In this document: in pieces, positions 17,797 through 27,758 of the stretch | Layout of the letters: the number at the start of each line of letters is the position of its first letter | Numbering within the stretch: position 1 is the first letter of the stretch | DNA from: Prosthecobacter sp. | Lineage (GTDB): Bacteria > Verrucomicrobiota > Verrucomicrobiia > Verrucomicrobiales > Verrucomicrobiaceae | Strand: one strand, 5' to 3' | DNA: 64,000 nucleotides | NCBI GenBank assembly: GCA_044378005.1 | Contig: JBILYB010000011.1 | Notes under the pieces: model-generated | What the model saw: the letters and a program-made list of their open reading frames with translations, nothing else | Database searches by the model: none | What the model was told of the DNA's origin: nothing | Program-made: the position numbers and the translations under genes

Positions 17797-18675
17797 TCAC
17801 GCCGCCCGTGAGGTCATCCATTCACGCAGAGCCGCCTGCCAAGATCTCACAGGCTCTCCGAGCAAGCCCGCCAGCCGCTCATTTGACATCAAGGTGTGTC
17901 GCGGACGACGTGCGATGAAGTGGGGAAAATCATCGAGGCGATTGCCCTTCACCACGACCGGATGATCGAGCAAACCCAGCTCATGAGCCAGATCGAGCAC
18001 GGTCTGGGCATAGCTTTGCCAAGAGGCTGTGCCGCTGTTGCAGAGATGCAGCACGCCAGAGACTGCGGGGCTTTTTTGCCAAAGAACCTCCAGCCAGCAG
18101 GCGATGTCATGCATACTCGTCGGCGCGCTCCATTTATCCCCGATGGCCTCCACGTCCCTGCCCTCACGTGCCGTGCGCAGCATCTGCTCAGGAAAGGAAT
18201 TCCCACCGCCAAACAACCATGACACCCGCGCCACAAGTGCTCGGGAACAAGCCGCCATCACCGCCCGTTCACCTTCGAGCTTGGTGGAGCCATAGTGATT
18301 CACCGGCTCTGTTTTCATGTCTTCAGTCAATCTGCCCTCCACCTCGCCACCGAAGACATAGTCTGTGCTGATCTGGATCATTCGCGCCCCGCGCCGCTGA
18401 CATTCCGCAGCCATCACCGCCGGAGATTCAGCATTCACACGCTGCGCCAGCTCAGGCTCACGCGCACAGACATCAGGGCTGGTCATGCCTGCGGAGTTGA
18501 TCAGCAGATCGAAGTCCATCTCACGCAAACCAGCGCTCAATGACTCGGGCCGGGCGAGGTCCAGCATACCACGACCCGGACACATCAATTCATGACGAAG
18601 CGCATAGTGCCTCGCCAGAACTCCCCCGAGTCTGCCGGTGGTTCCCGTGATCAAAAGTTTCATGCGCTCACTCAT
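17797..18675 (-). CDS. rfbD: dTDP-4-dehydrorhamnose reductase
   Basis: GTTGRLG, INSAGMT, ISTDYVF, YGSTK and RVSWLFG. Confidence 0.9.
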   Translation of the reverse strand: MSERMKLLITGTTGRLGGVLARHYALRHELMCPGRGMLDLARPESLSAGLREMDFDLLINSAGMTSPDVCAREPELAQRVNAESPAVMAAECQRRGARMIQISTDYVFGGEVEGRLTEDMKTEPVNHYGSTKLEGERAVMAACSRALVARVSWLFGGGNSFPEQMLRTAREGRDVEAIGDKWSAPTSMHDIACWLEVLWQKSPAVSGVLHLCNSGTASWQSYAQTVLDLAHELGLLDHPVVVKGNRLDDFPHFIARRPRHTLMSNERLAGLLGEPVRSWQAALREWMTSRAA

Positions 18676-18759
18676 GTCCCGCATCCCTGAAGACTCCTCC
18701 GCTGCTTGCAATCACTTTCCTGGCATCCATCATGCGCTAGAACGCCCTCCTAATCACTC

Positions 18760-20007
18760 ATGCCTCAGCCCACCATCGCCATCATCGGAGCCGGATTATC
18801 CGGTCTCGCATGTGCGCGATTACTGGCCAAAGCAGGTGTGCCATTCACCCTCTACGAATCAGCCGATGCCGTCGGCGGACGTGTGCGCTCGGATCGAGTC
18901 GATGGCTTCACCCTTGATCGCGGCTTCCAAGTGCTGCTCCCCGCCTACCCTGAGGCTCGCCGGGTGCTCGACTATGACGGGCTCGATCTCTGTCCGCTCT
19001 ACCGAGGCGCTGAGATCTACTTTAAAAACCGCCTGCATCGCCTTGCCGATCCTTTTCAGCATCCACTCGATGCCTTGAAGAACCTGGGCGATGACTTCAT
19101 CCCCTGGCGTGACAAATGGCAAACCCTTGTCCTTTGGAAGGAATCCGCCGACACCAAAACCATCGAACGCCGGCTGCCGGAAATCGAAACTGAAGACTAC
19201 CTCCACGATTTCGGCTTCAGCGAGGCGATGATCGACCGCTTCTTCCGCCCCTTTTTTGGCGGCGTGTTTCTGGAAAAAGACCTCCGCACCTCAGTGCGCA
19301 TGTTTTTCTTTCTCTACTCCATGTTCCGCCGCAGTGGCGCAGCCATCCCGGCAGCAGGAATGCAGGCCATCCCTGATCAACTCGCCGTCGCCCTGCCCCC
19401 AGGATCACTCAAGCTCAACACTCCCGTCAGTACCGTCCGAAGAGGCGAGATCACCCTTTCCACCGGCGAGATCGTGCGCGCGGATCACATTATCCTAGCC
19501 GTCAGTGAAGACGTCGCACACCGACTCCTTCCGGACACAGGCGTGGAAAAGCCCAAGCCGGGACGCAGCACGACCTGCCTTTATTTCACCACGGATCAGT
19601 CCCTGCCACGCGAAGCCATCCTGTATCTCGATGGCGACAACCGCGGCCCCGTGAACAATGCCTGCGTGCTCAGCAATGCTTCGCCAAGCCTCGCTCCGAA
19701 AGGTCAGCATCTCATCAGCACAAGCATCGTCGGCGCTCCATCGAGCGCCGAACTCGAAGACGTGGTGCGTGATCAAATGACGCGCTGGTTTGGCCCCGGT
19801 GCACGCCAGTGGAAACACCTCCGCACCTACCAGATCCGCAACGCCCAGCCTGAAAGCCGCCAGCTCCAGCTCGGTGATGAATCACTGAGCACCGTGCTCG
19901 AACCGGGTCTGTATCGCTGCGGAGATTATGTGGAGGATGCCTCTATCAACGGCGCTCTCATCAGCGGACGCCATGCAGCCGAAGCCGTGCTCGCGAGTAT
20001 CGTTTGA
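18760..20007 (+). CDS. FAD-dependent oxidoreductase (amine oxidase / protoporphyrinogen oxidase-like)
   Basis: GAGLSGL, GGRVRSD, DRGFQVL and C-terminal CGDY...SINGALISG. Confidence 0.88.
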   Translation: MPQPTIAIIGAGLSGLACARLLAKAGVPFTLYESADAVGGRVRSDRVDGFTLDRGFQVLLPAYPEARRVLDYDGLDLCPLYRGAEIYFKNRLHRLADPFQHPLDALKNLGDDFIPWRDKWQTLVLWKESADTKTIERRLPEIETEDYLHDFGFSEAMIDRFFRPFFGGVFLEKDLRTSVRMFFFLYSMFRRSGAAIPAAGMQAIPDQLAVALPPGSLKLNTPVSTVRRGEITLSTGEIVRADHIILAVSEDVAHRLLPDTGVEKPKPGRSTTCLYFTTDQSLPREAILYLDGDNRGPVNNACVLSNASPSLAPKGQHLISTSIVGAPSSAELEDVVRDQMTRWFGPGARQWKHLRTYQIRNAQPESRQLQLGDESLSTVLEPGLYRCGDYVEDASINGALISGRHAAEAVLASIV

Positions 20008-20042
20008 AAGACCTGCGCTCGGGTTCCCGTCGCAGTCTGGCA

Positions 20043-23000
20043 ATGAATCTCCGACCGCTTTACCTCCTCGCGCTTGTCCTCAGTCCAATCCTGTCCACCG
20101 CGGCCACTTTCCGCGCCGGAGTCGCTACGGTGGATATTTCGCCCACGGAGTTCCCGCGCATCATCGCTGGCGGGTTTCTTGAAGGGCGGGGCGAAAAGCT
20201 CGCGGACAAGCTCTTCGTGCGCAGTTTCGTGCTCGATGACGGGAAGATGAAGATCGCCTTCGCCATCGTGGATACCTGCATGATGGAGCAGTCGCTCATC
20301 GATGAGGCCAAAGGCATCGCGTCGAAGCAGTGCGGCATCCCGGTGGATCGCATGATGGTCAGCGCCACTCACACGCACTCCGCGCCCGCCGCGATGGGCT
20401 GCCTCGGCACGCGAAAGGACACGGTGTATGCGAAGTTCCTCACGCCGAAGATCGCCGAGGCCATCGTGGCGGCGAATGCGGCGCTGCAACCGGCCCGCAT
20501 CGGCTGGGGCTCGTTCGACGACTGGGAGCACACGCACAATCGCCGCTGGATCAGGCTACCGGGCAAAGAAGTCGTCGATCCCTTCGGCCAGCCCACCGGC
20601 CGTGCGAACATGCACCCCGGCTACCTCAGCAAGGACGTCGTCGGCCCCAGCGGCCCCGTCGATCCGCAGCTCAGCGTCATCGCGCTGCAAACGCTCGATG
20701 GCAAACCGCTCGGCGTGCTGGCGAACTACTCGCAGCACTACTTCGGCAGCGGCCCGGTGTCCGCCGACTACTATGGCCACTTCTGCCGACACCTCGCTGC
20801 CAAAATGGGCCAGCAGGGTGATGGCAACGGCCCCTTCGTCTGCGCCATGAGCCAGGGCACCAGCGGCGACCAGATGTGGATGGACTACGGCGCGGAGAAA
20901 AAGACGATCACCATCGACCACTACGCCGCCGAGGTCGCCGACAGCGCCCTGAAGGCCTTGCAAACCGTGAAATATGTCGATCACGCCCCGCTCGGCATGA
21001 TCGAGAAGACGCTGGAGCTCAAGTATCGCGTCCCCGACGAAAAACGCCTCGCCTGGGCACGCCCCATCGCCGCGAAGATCGAAAACGACGTGCCGAAGAA
21101 CAAAGAGGAAGTCTATGCGAGAGAGGCGCTGATTTTGCACGAGCGGCAAAAGACGAGCGTGAAGCTGCAATCGATTCGGATTGGCGACCTGAGCATCGCC
21201 ACGCTGCCGAACGAGGTGTATGCGATCACGGGGTTGAAGCTTCGGGAGATGTCGCCGCTTGGAACGCACTTCAACATCGAGTTGGCGAATGGAGCCACAG
21301 GTTACATTCCACCGCCTGAGCAGCACACACTCGGTGGTTACACGACATGGCCTGCCCGCACCGCAGGTCTCGAAGTAAAGGCCGAACCTTCCATGGTCGA
21401 CACCTTGAGCGAATCCATCGCTCAGATCGCGGGCAAGCCTTCACGCCCCATTCGTCCATCAGACAGCTCTTATTCCAGCGAAACACTCGCTTCGAAGCCA
21501 GCTTCCTATTTCCGCTGCGATGACGCTCGTTCGACACTGACCGACGAAGTGGGGGTAGAGGCCAAATTGATCGGCGGACATGCTTTTTATCTGCCAGGAG
21601 CCGGTTCTGGTCTTGGCTACGATGAAGAGTCTGCCTTGAAGCCCTCGCCTTTCTCCAGTTCTCACACAATCAATCGCTCCATCCACCTCGCTGGCGGCCA
21701 TCTTAAAACTTCCAACCTGAAACTTGGAACTCAGGCTTCCATCGCCCTCTGGTTCTGGCTCGGCCACGAGAGCGGCGCGAGTGATCGCGCGGGCGAGTTG
21801 ATCAATGCGCTGGGGGTTAGCTTGAAGGCGCATCAAGACGCGCAGCATCATGTGAGGCTCACCATTGGCGGTGAAGAGACGAAAGAGGATCTTTTCGCCG
21901 ACGACTGGCATTTCGCCGTGCTCATTCGCAATGGCGAAAACGTGCGCGTGCATCTCGATGGCAGTGAAAAGCCCGTTTTGACCGGAAAGGCCGGGAAAGC
22001 GGAGAGTAAGGTGCTTTTCGGCAAAGGGCTCGACGGACGGCTGGATGAGATCACCGTTTGGGATCGCGTGGTGGAGCCGGAGTTGATCGCGAAGCTTTGG
22101 AACATCTCGAAAGTAGCCGATGACAACGCGCGACATGCCGTCGCACGGAAGGAAAAGGCCGAGCGAGCGCAGGTGCAGACCTCGGCATCGTTGAAGGGGC
22201 ATGAGAACTGGTCGGCGTCGATGCGCTTCCGCAACACGAAGGCGAATAACGTCAGTGCCGTGACGGCTTACCTCATCTCACGCGGGCCAAAGGGCGATTC
22301 GCAGGCTCCGGGGGATCACCTTGGCATCGGCGGCACTTACAAAGATTCGCTGCCAGGCAGGCTGTTTGTCTTCAATGGCAACGCAGCGGATCAAATCGTG
22401 CGCGGGACGACGGTGATCGAGCCTGGCTCGTGGAATGACGTGAAGATGGAACGCATTGGCTCGCGGGTGAAGGTGATGCTGAATGGCAAGGTGGAGATCG
22501 ACGCCGAGTTGCCCGTCACCGCGCCGGGCGCGAAGGAAATGTTCTTTGGGAAGCGCTGCGATGACCTCGCGCCGCTGGAAGGCGCGTTTGAAAAGGTCGA
22601 GGTGGCTGGTTTGGAAAAACCCGCCGCTGCTGCACCTGCGCCGAAGATCGAATTGGCCTCGCAGCCTCTCTCCCCAGAGGAATCCTCGAAGAAGTGGCAT
22701 GTGCGTGAGGGGTATCGCATCGAGCTTGTCGCGGCGGAGCCGGTGGTGCTCGATCCGGTGGCGTTTGATTGGGATGAGCAGGGCCGCCTGTGGGTCATCG
22801 AGATGGCGGACTACCCGCTCGGCATGGATGGCAATGGCAAGGCCGGTGGTCGTGTGGTGCGACTGGAGGACACGGACCGCGACGGTCGCTACGACAAGCG
22901 CAGCGTCATCGTCAGCGATTTGAGCTATCCCACCGGCATCCTCACCTGGCGTGAAGGCGTGATTGTCACCGCCGCGCCGGACATCTTTTTCATTTCGCCG

Positions 23001-25400
23001 GATGGCACGAAGAAGGCGCTCTACACCGGCTTCAGCACCGGCAATCAGCAGCTCCGCGTGAACGGCCTGCGCTGGGGCATGGATGGCTGGGTGTATTGCG
23101 CCGCCGGAGCGCATCACGGCGGCTACAATAAAGGCACTCAAATTGAATGCAAGCTCACCGGCGAGAAGATCGACCTCGGCAGCCGCGATTTCCGTTTCAA
23201 GCCAGACACGGGCGAGTTTGATCCGCAGAGCGGCCCCTCGCAGTTCGGTCGTGCCCGTGACGACTGGGGCCACTGGTTCGGCGTGCAGAACAGTTTCCCG
23301 CTCTGGCACTATGTGTTGCAGGATCACTACCTGCGCCGAAATCCGCACGTCATCCCGCCGGACCCGATCCATCAGCTCTTCCCTCGCAATCCGCCCGTCT
23401 ATCCCGCCAGCAGCATGGAGAAGCGTTTCCACAGCTTCGACCAGGCCGGACGCTTCACCAGCGCCTGCGGCATCGAGGTGTATCGCGATGTCGTGCTGTT
23501 TGATGATGGGAAGACGCATGCCTTCACCTGCGAGCCGTTTGCCAATCTGGTTCAGCATCATGTGCTGGAGGATGATGAAGTAACGTTCAAGGCGACGCGC
23601 GATCCCGCCGAGTCGAAGACGGACTTCCTCGCCAGCGAAGACCGCTGGTGCCGCCCCGTCATGGTCCGCAACGGCCCCGACGGCGCGCTGTGGATCGCTG
23701 ACATGTATCGCTACATGATCGAGCACCCGCAGTGGCTGCCGCAAAACGGCAAAGACGAGCTCCTGCCGCACTACCGCGAAGGAGATGACAAGGGACGGAT
23801 TTGGCGGGTTGTTAAAGACTCTTTTGGATCACAACCAGTCTTCGAATGGGACAACCTCCCTATTAACCTTGATTCTTCCAATGGCTGGCTCAGAGACAAA
23901 GCGCAGATGAAAGCGTTATGGAGCGGAGTCGGCGATGCTTTGATCGCCGGCGCAGCCAACGTCAAAGCTCAAACAGCATGGACGCTTCTCATACAAGGCA
24001 AGCTGAAGACTTCCGACTGCATGAAGCTCCTCGGAGACGAGTCTGCGCATGTTCGGGAACAAGCCCTTCAAATGGCCGAGAAGCTCGAATGGAAGGGCGA
24101 CGACTCGTTGCCACTCCATGCCGCTCTCGCGAAGCTCGTAAACGACAAGTACGAGAAGGTGCGGTTGCAACTGGCGTGCTCGTTGGGGGAGTTGAAGTTT
24201 GAGTGGGCGGCGGATTTGCTGGCGGAGTTTTTGAATGCAGTTCCGGCGGGATCATCGTTGCAAGGGGCGGCGATGAGTTCGGTGCTGCCGCATTTGGAGC
24301 GGGTTTGTGAAAGGTTCCCAGAAGGTGGTGAGCCGGAAAACAACGGGGCGATCGGGAAGCTGTTCCAGTGCGCTTTGGCGGAGAAGAACGAAAAAGCTAT
24401 CGCAGCGCTGATGTCGCATTTGGAGGCTAAAATGCATGCGGTGGAGATTCTGGCTGTCCTCAATGAAAAAGACCTCTCGTTGGCTCAATTCGCGAAGCAG
24501 GTGAGTTCGCCGGAGGCGCAGGCGGGATTGAAGAAGATGGCGGACATGCTCGCAAAGGCGTCGGAGACGGTCAAAACGGCGAAGGAGGCTCCGCCGATGG
24601 CGGAGCTGGCGCTGCTGGCCTCGGATCGCGAGCATCGAGAGATGGTGCGTGAGTTGTTGCCGGAGCTTTGGGCGAAGACGGGCAGCGCGGAGGTGCTTCG
24701 ACTGGTGGGACGACTGCAACCGAGGTATGGGCAGACATTTTTGCTGGAGCGCTTTGAGGAGCGCACGCCGACGGTGCGCGGTCAGATCATCGAGACGCTG
24801 CTCTCGAACGATGCGTGGACGCTAGCGCTGTTGAATCGCCCTGAGGCGAAGGCTTGTGACGCGGCGACGCGGGCACGATTGATGAAGCATCCGAAGAAGA
24901 ACATCGCGCAAATGGCGGAGAAGGTGTTTGCGGACTCGACGAGCGCCACGCGGGCAGCGGTGGTGGAGAAGTTCAAACCGGCGCTGAAGCTGACGGGCGA
25001 TGCTGTGAAGGGGAAGGTCGTTTTCTCGCAGGTGTGCATCAGTTGCCACAAACTCGACGGCATGGGCCTAGAACTCGGCCCTGACCTCCGCAGTGTGGTG
25101 CAGCATGACGCGGAGAAGTTGCTCAACTCCATCCTCGACCCAAGCGCGATCATCGAGCCGGGCTTCATGGCGTATCATTGCACGCTGAAGAATGGCGAGC
25201 AGCTCTATGGCGTCATCGCTACCGAAACGAGCGCGAGTTTGACGCTGAAGATGGCCGGGAACCTGACGAAGTCGGTGCTGCGAAGCGAGATCTCAAGTTT
25301 GAAGAGCACGGGCACGTCACTGATGCCGGAGGGGCTGGAGGTGGTGATGACGCCTCAGTCGCTGGCGGATTTGATCGCTTATCTAAAGGTGGCTCGCTGA
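20043..25400 (+). CDS. Large multidomain protein: ceramidase-like N-terminus, LamG-like domains, PVC propeller and CxxCH heme domain
   Basis: SATHTHSAP (neutral ceramidase-like), LamG-like 'GRLDEITVWDR', AAEPVVLDP and NGLRWGMDGW propeller motifs, and CISCH...GPDLRS. Confidence 0.88.
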   Translation: MNLRPLYLLALVLSPILSTAATFRAGVATVDISPTEFPRIIAGGFLEGRGEKLADKLFVRSFVLDDGKMKIAFAIVDTCMMEQSLIDEAKGIASKQCGIPVDRMMVSATHTHSAPAAMGCLGTRKDTVYAKFLTPKIAEAIVAANAALQPARIGWGSFDDWEHTHNRRWIRLPGKEVVDPFGQPTGRANMHPGYLSKDVVGPSGPVDPQLSVIALQTLDGKPLGVLANYSQHYFGSGPVSADYYGHFCRHLAAKMGQQGDGNGPFVCAMSQGTSGDQMWMDYGAEKKTITIDHYAAEVADSALKALQTVKYVDHAPLGMIEKTLELKYRVPDEKRLAWARPIAAKIENDVPKNKEEVYAREALILHERQKTSVKLQSIRIGDLSIATLPNEVYAITGLKLREMSPLGTHFNIELANGATGYIPPPEQHTLGGYTTWPARTAGLEVKAEPSMVDTLSESIAQIAGKPSRPIRPSDSSYSSETLASKPASYFRCDDARSTLTDEVGVEAKLIGGHAFYLPGAGSGLGYDEESALKPSPFSSSHTINRSIHLAGGHLKTSNLKLGTQASIALWFWLGHESGASDRAGELINALGVSLKAHQDAQHHVRLTIGGEETKEDLFADDWHFAVLIRNGENVRVHLDGSEKPVLTGKAGKAESKVLFGKGLDGRLDEITVWDRVVEPELIAKLWNISKVADDNARHAVARKEKAERAQVQTSASLKGHENWSASMRFRNTKANNVSAVTAYLISRGPKGDSQAPGDHLGIGGTYKDSLPGRLFVFNGNAADQIVRGTTVIEPGSWNDVKMERIGSRVKVMLNGKVEIDAELPVTAPGAKEMFFGKRCDDLAPLEGAFEKVEVAGLEKPAAAAPAPKIELASQPLSPEESSKKWHVREGYRIELVAAEPVVLDPVAFDWDEQGRLWVIEMADYPLGMDGNGKAGGRVVRLEDTDRDGRYDKRSVIVSDLSYPTGILTWREGVIVTAAPDIFFISPDGTKKALYTGFSTGNQQLRVNGLRWGMDGWVYCAAGAHHGGYNKGTQIECKLTGEKIDLGSRDFRFKPDTGEFDPQSGPSQFGRARDDWGHWFGVQNSFPLWHYVLQDHYLRRNPHVIPPDPIHQLFPRNPPVYPASSMEKRFHSFDQAGRFTSACGIEVYRDVVLFDDGKTHAFTCEPFANLVQHHVLEDDEVTFKATRDPAESKTDFLASEDRWCRPVMVRNGPDGALWIADMYRYMIEHPQWLPQNGKDELLPHYREGDDKGRIWRVVKDSFGSQPVFEWDNLPINLDSSNGWLRDKAQMKALWSGVGDALIAGAANVKAQTAWTLLIQGKLKTSDCMKLLGDESAHVREQALQMAEKLEWKGDDSLPLHAALAKLVNDKYEKVRLQLACSLGELKFEWAADLLAEFLNAVPAGSSLQGAAMSSVLPHLERVCERFPEGGEPENNGAIGKLFQCALAEKNEKAIAALMSHLEAKMHAVEILAVLNEKDLSLAQFAKQVSSPEAQAGLKKMADMLAKASETVKTAKEAPPMAELALLASDREHREMVRELLPELWAKTGSAEVLRLVGRLQPRYGQTFLLERFEERTPTVRGQIIETLLSNDAWTLALLNRPEAKACDAATRARLMKHPKKNIAQMAEKVFADSTSATRAAVVEKFKPALKLTGDAVKGKVVFSQVCISCHKLDGMGLELGPDLRSVVQHDAEKLLNSILDPSAIIEPGFMAYHCTLKNGEQLYGVIATETSASLTLKMAGNLTKSVLRSEISSLKSTGTSLMPEGLEVVMTPQSLADLIAYLKVAR

Positions 25401-25406
25401 CCCGCC

Positions 25407-26276
25407 TTACTCTTTGCCGAGCGCGTGCTTCACGATCTGCTCGGCATGTTTGATGGGAAGGGAGTAATGTCCCTCATGCTCGAACCAGTGAGTAGTGGTG
25501 TGAGGCATGAGGGCTGAGATTTGCTCTGTGTACTTCCAGGAGATGTTTCTGTCCTCTTTGCCATGCCAGAAGTGGATGAGTGTTTCGATGCTGCTGACTT
25601 CAAATCCCCATTCGCTGAGGTAGATGTCAGCATCGGCGATGACCATTCGCGGCCCACGGCGAAGTGCCTCAACGATGCCATGACGGACAACATCGAATGT
25701 ATGCGGATCAGAGAGCACACCACGGTCTTCCTTTCCCAGCATGAGCATGAGCCACTTGAGTGGGGCTTTGTCCGGCTTTCCACTGGAGATGACTTTCCCA
25801 AAACGGAGTAATCCGCCGAGCAGCCAGGGACAGAAGGTCCGCAGGCGAATCATGAGACGATAGACCCAGAACATGTGCTGAAAGCCAAGGAACATCAGCG
25901 GCGGTGCACCACAGACCACTGTGGCAGTGAGAATGCGCTCAGGAAATGCCTTGGCTGTGGCTAAAACATAGGGCCCTCCTCCCGACCAGCCCATGAGGTG
26001 GAACTTGTCCGCGCCCACATGGGCTGCGAGTTGCTCCAAAGTCTCCGGCCAGTCGAGCAGTTCGCGTTTGGGCTGAAATTCAGACAGGCCGATGCCCGGT
26101 CTGTCTGGAGCGATGAGTCGAAGGCCGTGACGCTTCGCCACATCATCCATGAGTGCCCCCTGAACCCGCGCACTCGGCCAGCCGTGATAATAAAACATCA
26201 CGGCCCCCTGAGGATCGCCATACTCAGCGTATCCAAGGGTGAGTCCGTTTCTAAGCTGAAAAGAGTGATCCGACAT
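25407..26276 (-). CDS. Alpha/beta hydrolase
   Basis: HGWPS, DRPGIG, GWSGGG nucleophile elbow, WHGKED and EGHYS. Confidence 0.9.
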   Translation of the reverse strand: MSDHSFQLRNGLTLGYAEYGDPQGAVMFYYHGWPSARVQGALMDDVAKRHGLRLIAPDRPGIGLSEFQPKRELLDWPETLEQLAAHVGADKFHLMGWSGGGPYVLATAKAFPERILTATVVCGAPPLMFLGFQHMFWVYRLMIRLRTFCPWLLGGLLRFGKVISSGKPDKAPLKWLMLMLGKEDRGVLSDPHTFDVVRHGIVEALRRGPRMVIADADIYLSEWGFEVSSIETLIHFWHGKEDRNISWKYTEQISALMPHTTTHWFEHEGHYSLPIKHAEQIVKHALGKE

Positions 26277-26336
26277 GAAAGGCGCGGAGACTAGACTGGT
26301 AGAGTGGATGTGCAAGACGTGGTCTTAAGTCACAAA

Positions 26337-27179
26337 TCAGAGACTTTTCTCTCCCAGTAGAACGCTGCTGCTGGGCACAGGCTCATGGCGCAGGCCGAAC
26401 TGCTTCACCGCACGATCCTGGAGATGCGAGATGGCTTCTTCGACACTGTCCGTCCAGCAGATGAGTTCGACATCTTCAGGACTGATCGTCGAGCCTTTGA
26501 GCATGTGGTCCACGAGGTTCTTCATCTCACTCCAGAACTCCGTGCCCATGACCACGACGGGGAAGTTTTTCACTTTCTTCGTTTGGATCAGCGTAAGGGC
26601 TTCAAACATCTCATCCAGAGTGCCGAAGCCGCCGGGCATGATGACAAAACCATAGCTGTATTTCATGAGCAGCACCTTGCGGACAAAGAAGTACTTCATC
26701 GTCACCCAGCGGTCGAGCCAGGGATTGTGCTTCTGCTCAAAGGGCAGCTCGATGTTACAACCGACACTGCGTCCACCGACATCCTTGGCACCACGATTGG
26801 CTGCCTCCATGATGCCTGGGCCGCCGCCTGTCATGACAGTAAAGCCCATCTTCGCGATCTCCGCGCCCAGCTTTCGCGCCAGCTTGTAGTATGGATGGTC
26901 CTCCTCGAAACGCGCCGAGCCGAAGACGGTGATGCACGGTCCCACGAAGTGCAGTGCGCGGACTCCTTTGATGAATTCCCAGGCCACATCCAAGATCTGC
27001 TTGAGTTCCTGAAGACGACGGTTCGGGCCACTTAGCATGGACCGATCCACGAGTTGCTGAATGAAGATCTCTTCCTCCTGCTTTTCTGCGGGAGTTGGCG
27101 GCTGGACAACTGACGTAGGCAGCAGACCGGACACGGACTCTTTTTCTTTCCTCTGCAACGGAGACTGGGGAGCAATCAT
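26337..27179 (-). CDS. LOG family protein (TIGR00730-like, long form)
   Basis: VFGSAR, TGGGPGIMEAANRG, YFFVRK and PGGFGTLDE. Confidence 0.92.
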   Translation of the reverse strand: MIAPQSPLQRKEKESVSGLLPTSVVQPPTPAEKQEEEIFIQQLVDRSMLSGPNRRLQELKQILDVAWEFIKGVRALHFVGPCITVFGSARFEEDHPYYKLARKLGAEIAKMGFTVMTGGGPGIMEAANRGAKDVGGRSVGCNIELPFEQKHNPWLDRWVTMKYFFVRKVLLMKYSYGFVIMPGGFGTLDEMFEALTLIQTKKVKNFPVVVMGTEFWSEMKNLVDHMLKGSTISPEDVELICWTDSVEEAISHLQDRAVKQFGLRHEPVPSSSVLLGEKSL

Positions 27180-27314
27180 GATGATGTCAATATGAGTCAG
27201 AAATAGGCTCATGGATTCAAAAATCATCCATCAGGGTGGCTCTTTTTTTGCTCTGCTGATGTTTCGCTGAGAGCTGATTGACTTGCGTCTCGCACTTCAC
27301 ACCATGAATCCTCT

Positions 27315-27749
27315 ATGGGACTCTTCGACTCTCTCGCCAAACAAGCCATGGGCAGCCTTCTCGGCGGCAACAGCGGCCAACCTTCCGACTTATTAACTTC
27401 ACTTCTCAATCAGGCCGGAGGTCTTCCAGGTCTGAAGCAGAAGTTCAATCAGGCAGGCTTGACGGAAGTCTTTGCCTCCTGGGTTTCCACGGGTGAAAAC
27501 AAGACTGTTCAGCCAGCCCAAATGGAGCAGGCGCTCGGTGCGGACGCTGTGGCTGATCTAGCCCAGAAGCTAGGACTGAATGTGAACATGGTGCTGCCGC
27601 TCATCAGCCAGTTCCTCCCCCAGGTCATCGACAAACTCACACCCAAGGGCGTGGTCGAAGATCAGCAGCCTTCCAGCGATCAACTCCAAAATGTGCTCGC
27701 CAGCGTGATGAAAGGCGGCCTGGGAAGCTTCTTCGGAGGTCGCTCCTAA
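27315..27749 (+). CDS. YidB (DUF937) family protein
   Basis: 'GGLPGLKQKF', 'ASWVSTGEN' and 'LPQVIDKLTPKG'. Confidence 0.9.
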   Translation: MGLFDSLAKQAMGSLLGGNSGQPSDLLTSLLNQAGGLPGLKQKFNQAGLTEVFASWVSTGENKTVQPAQMEQALGADAVADLAQKLGLNVNMVLPLISQFLPQVIDKLTPKGVVEDQQPSSDQLQNVLASVMKGGLGSFFGGRS

Positions 27750-27758
27750 TCCTGCCTC

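Noticed and set aside
7490-27179. Two LOG-family paralogues in one window
   Set aside because: Short and long LOG forms commonly coexist, and these are unlinked with canonical motifs.
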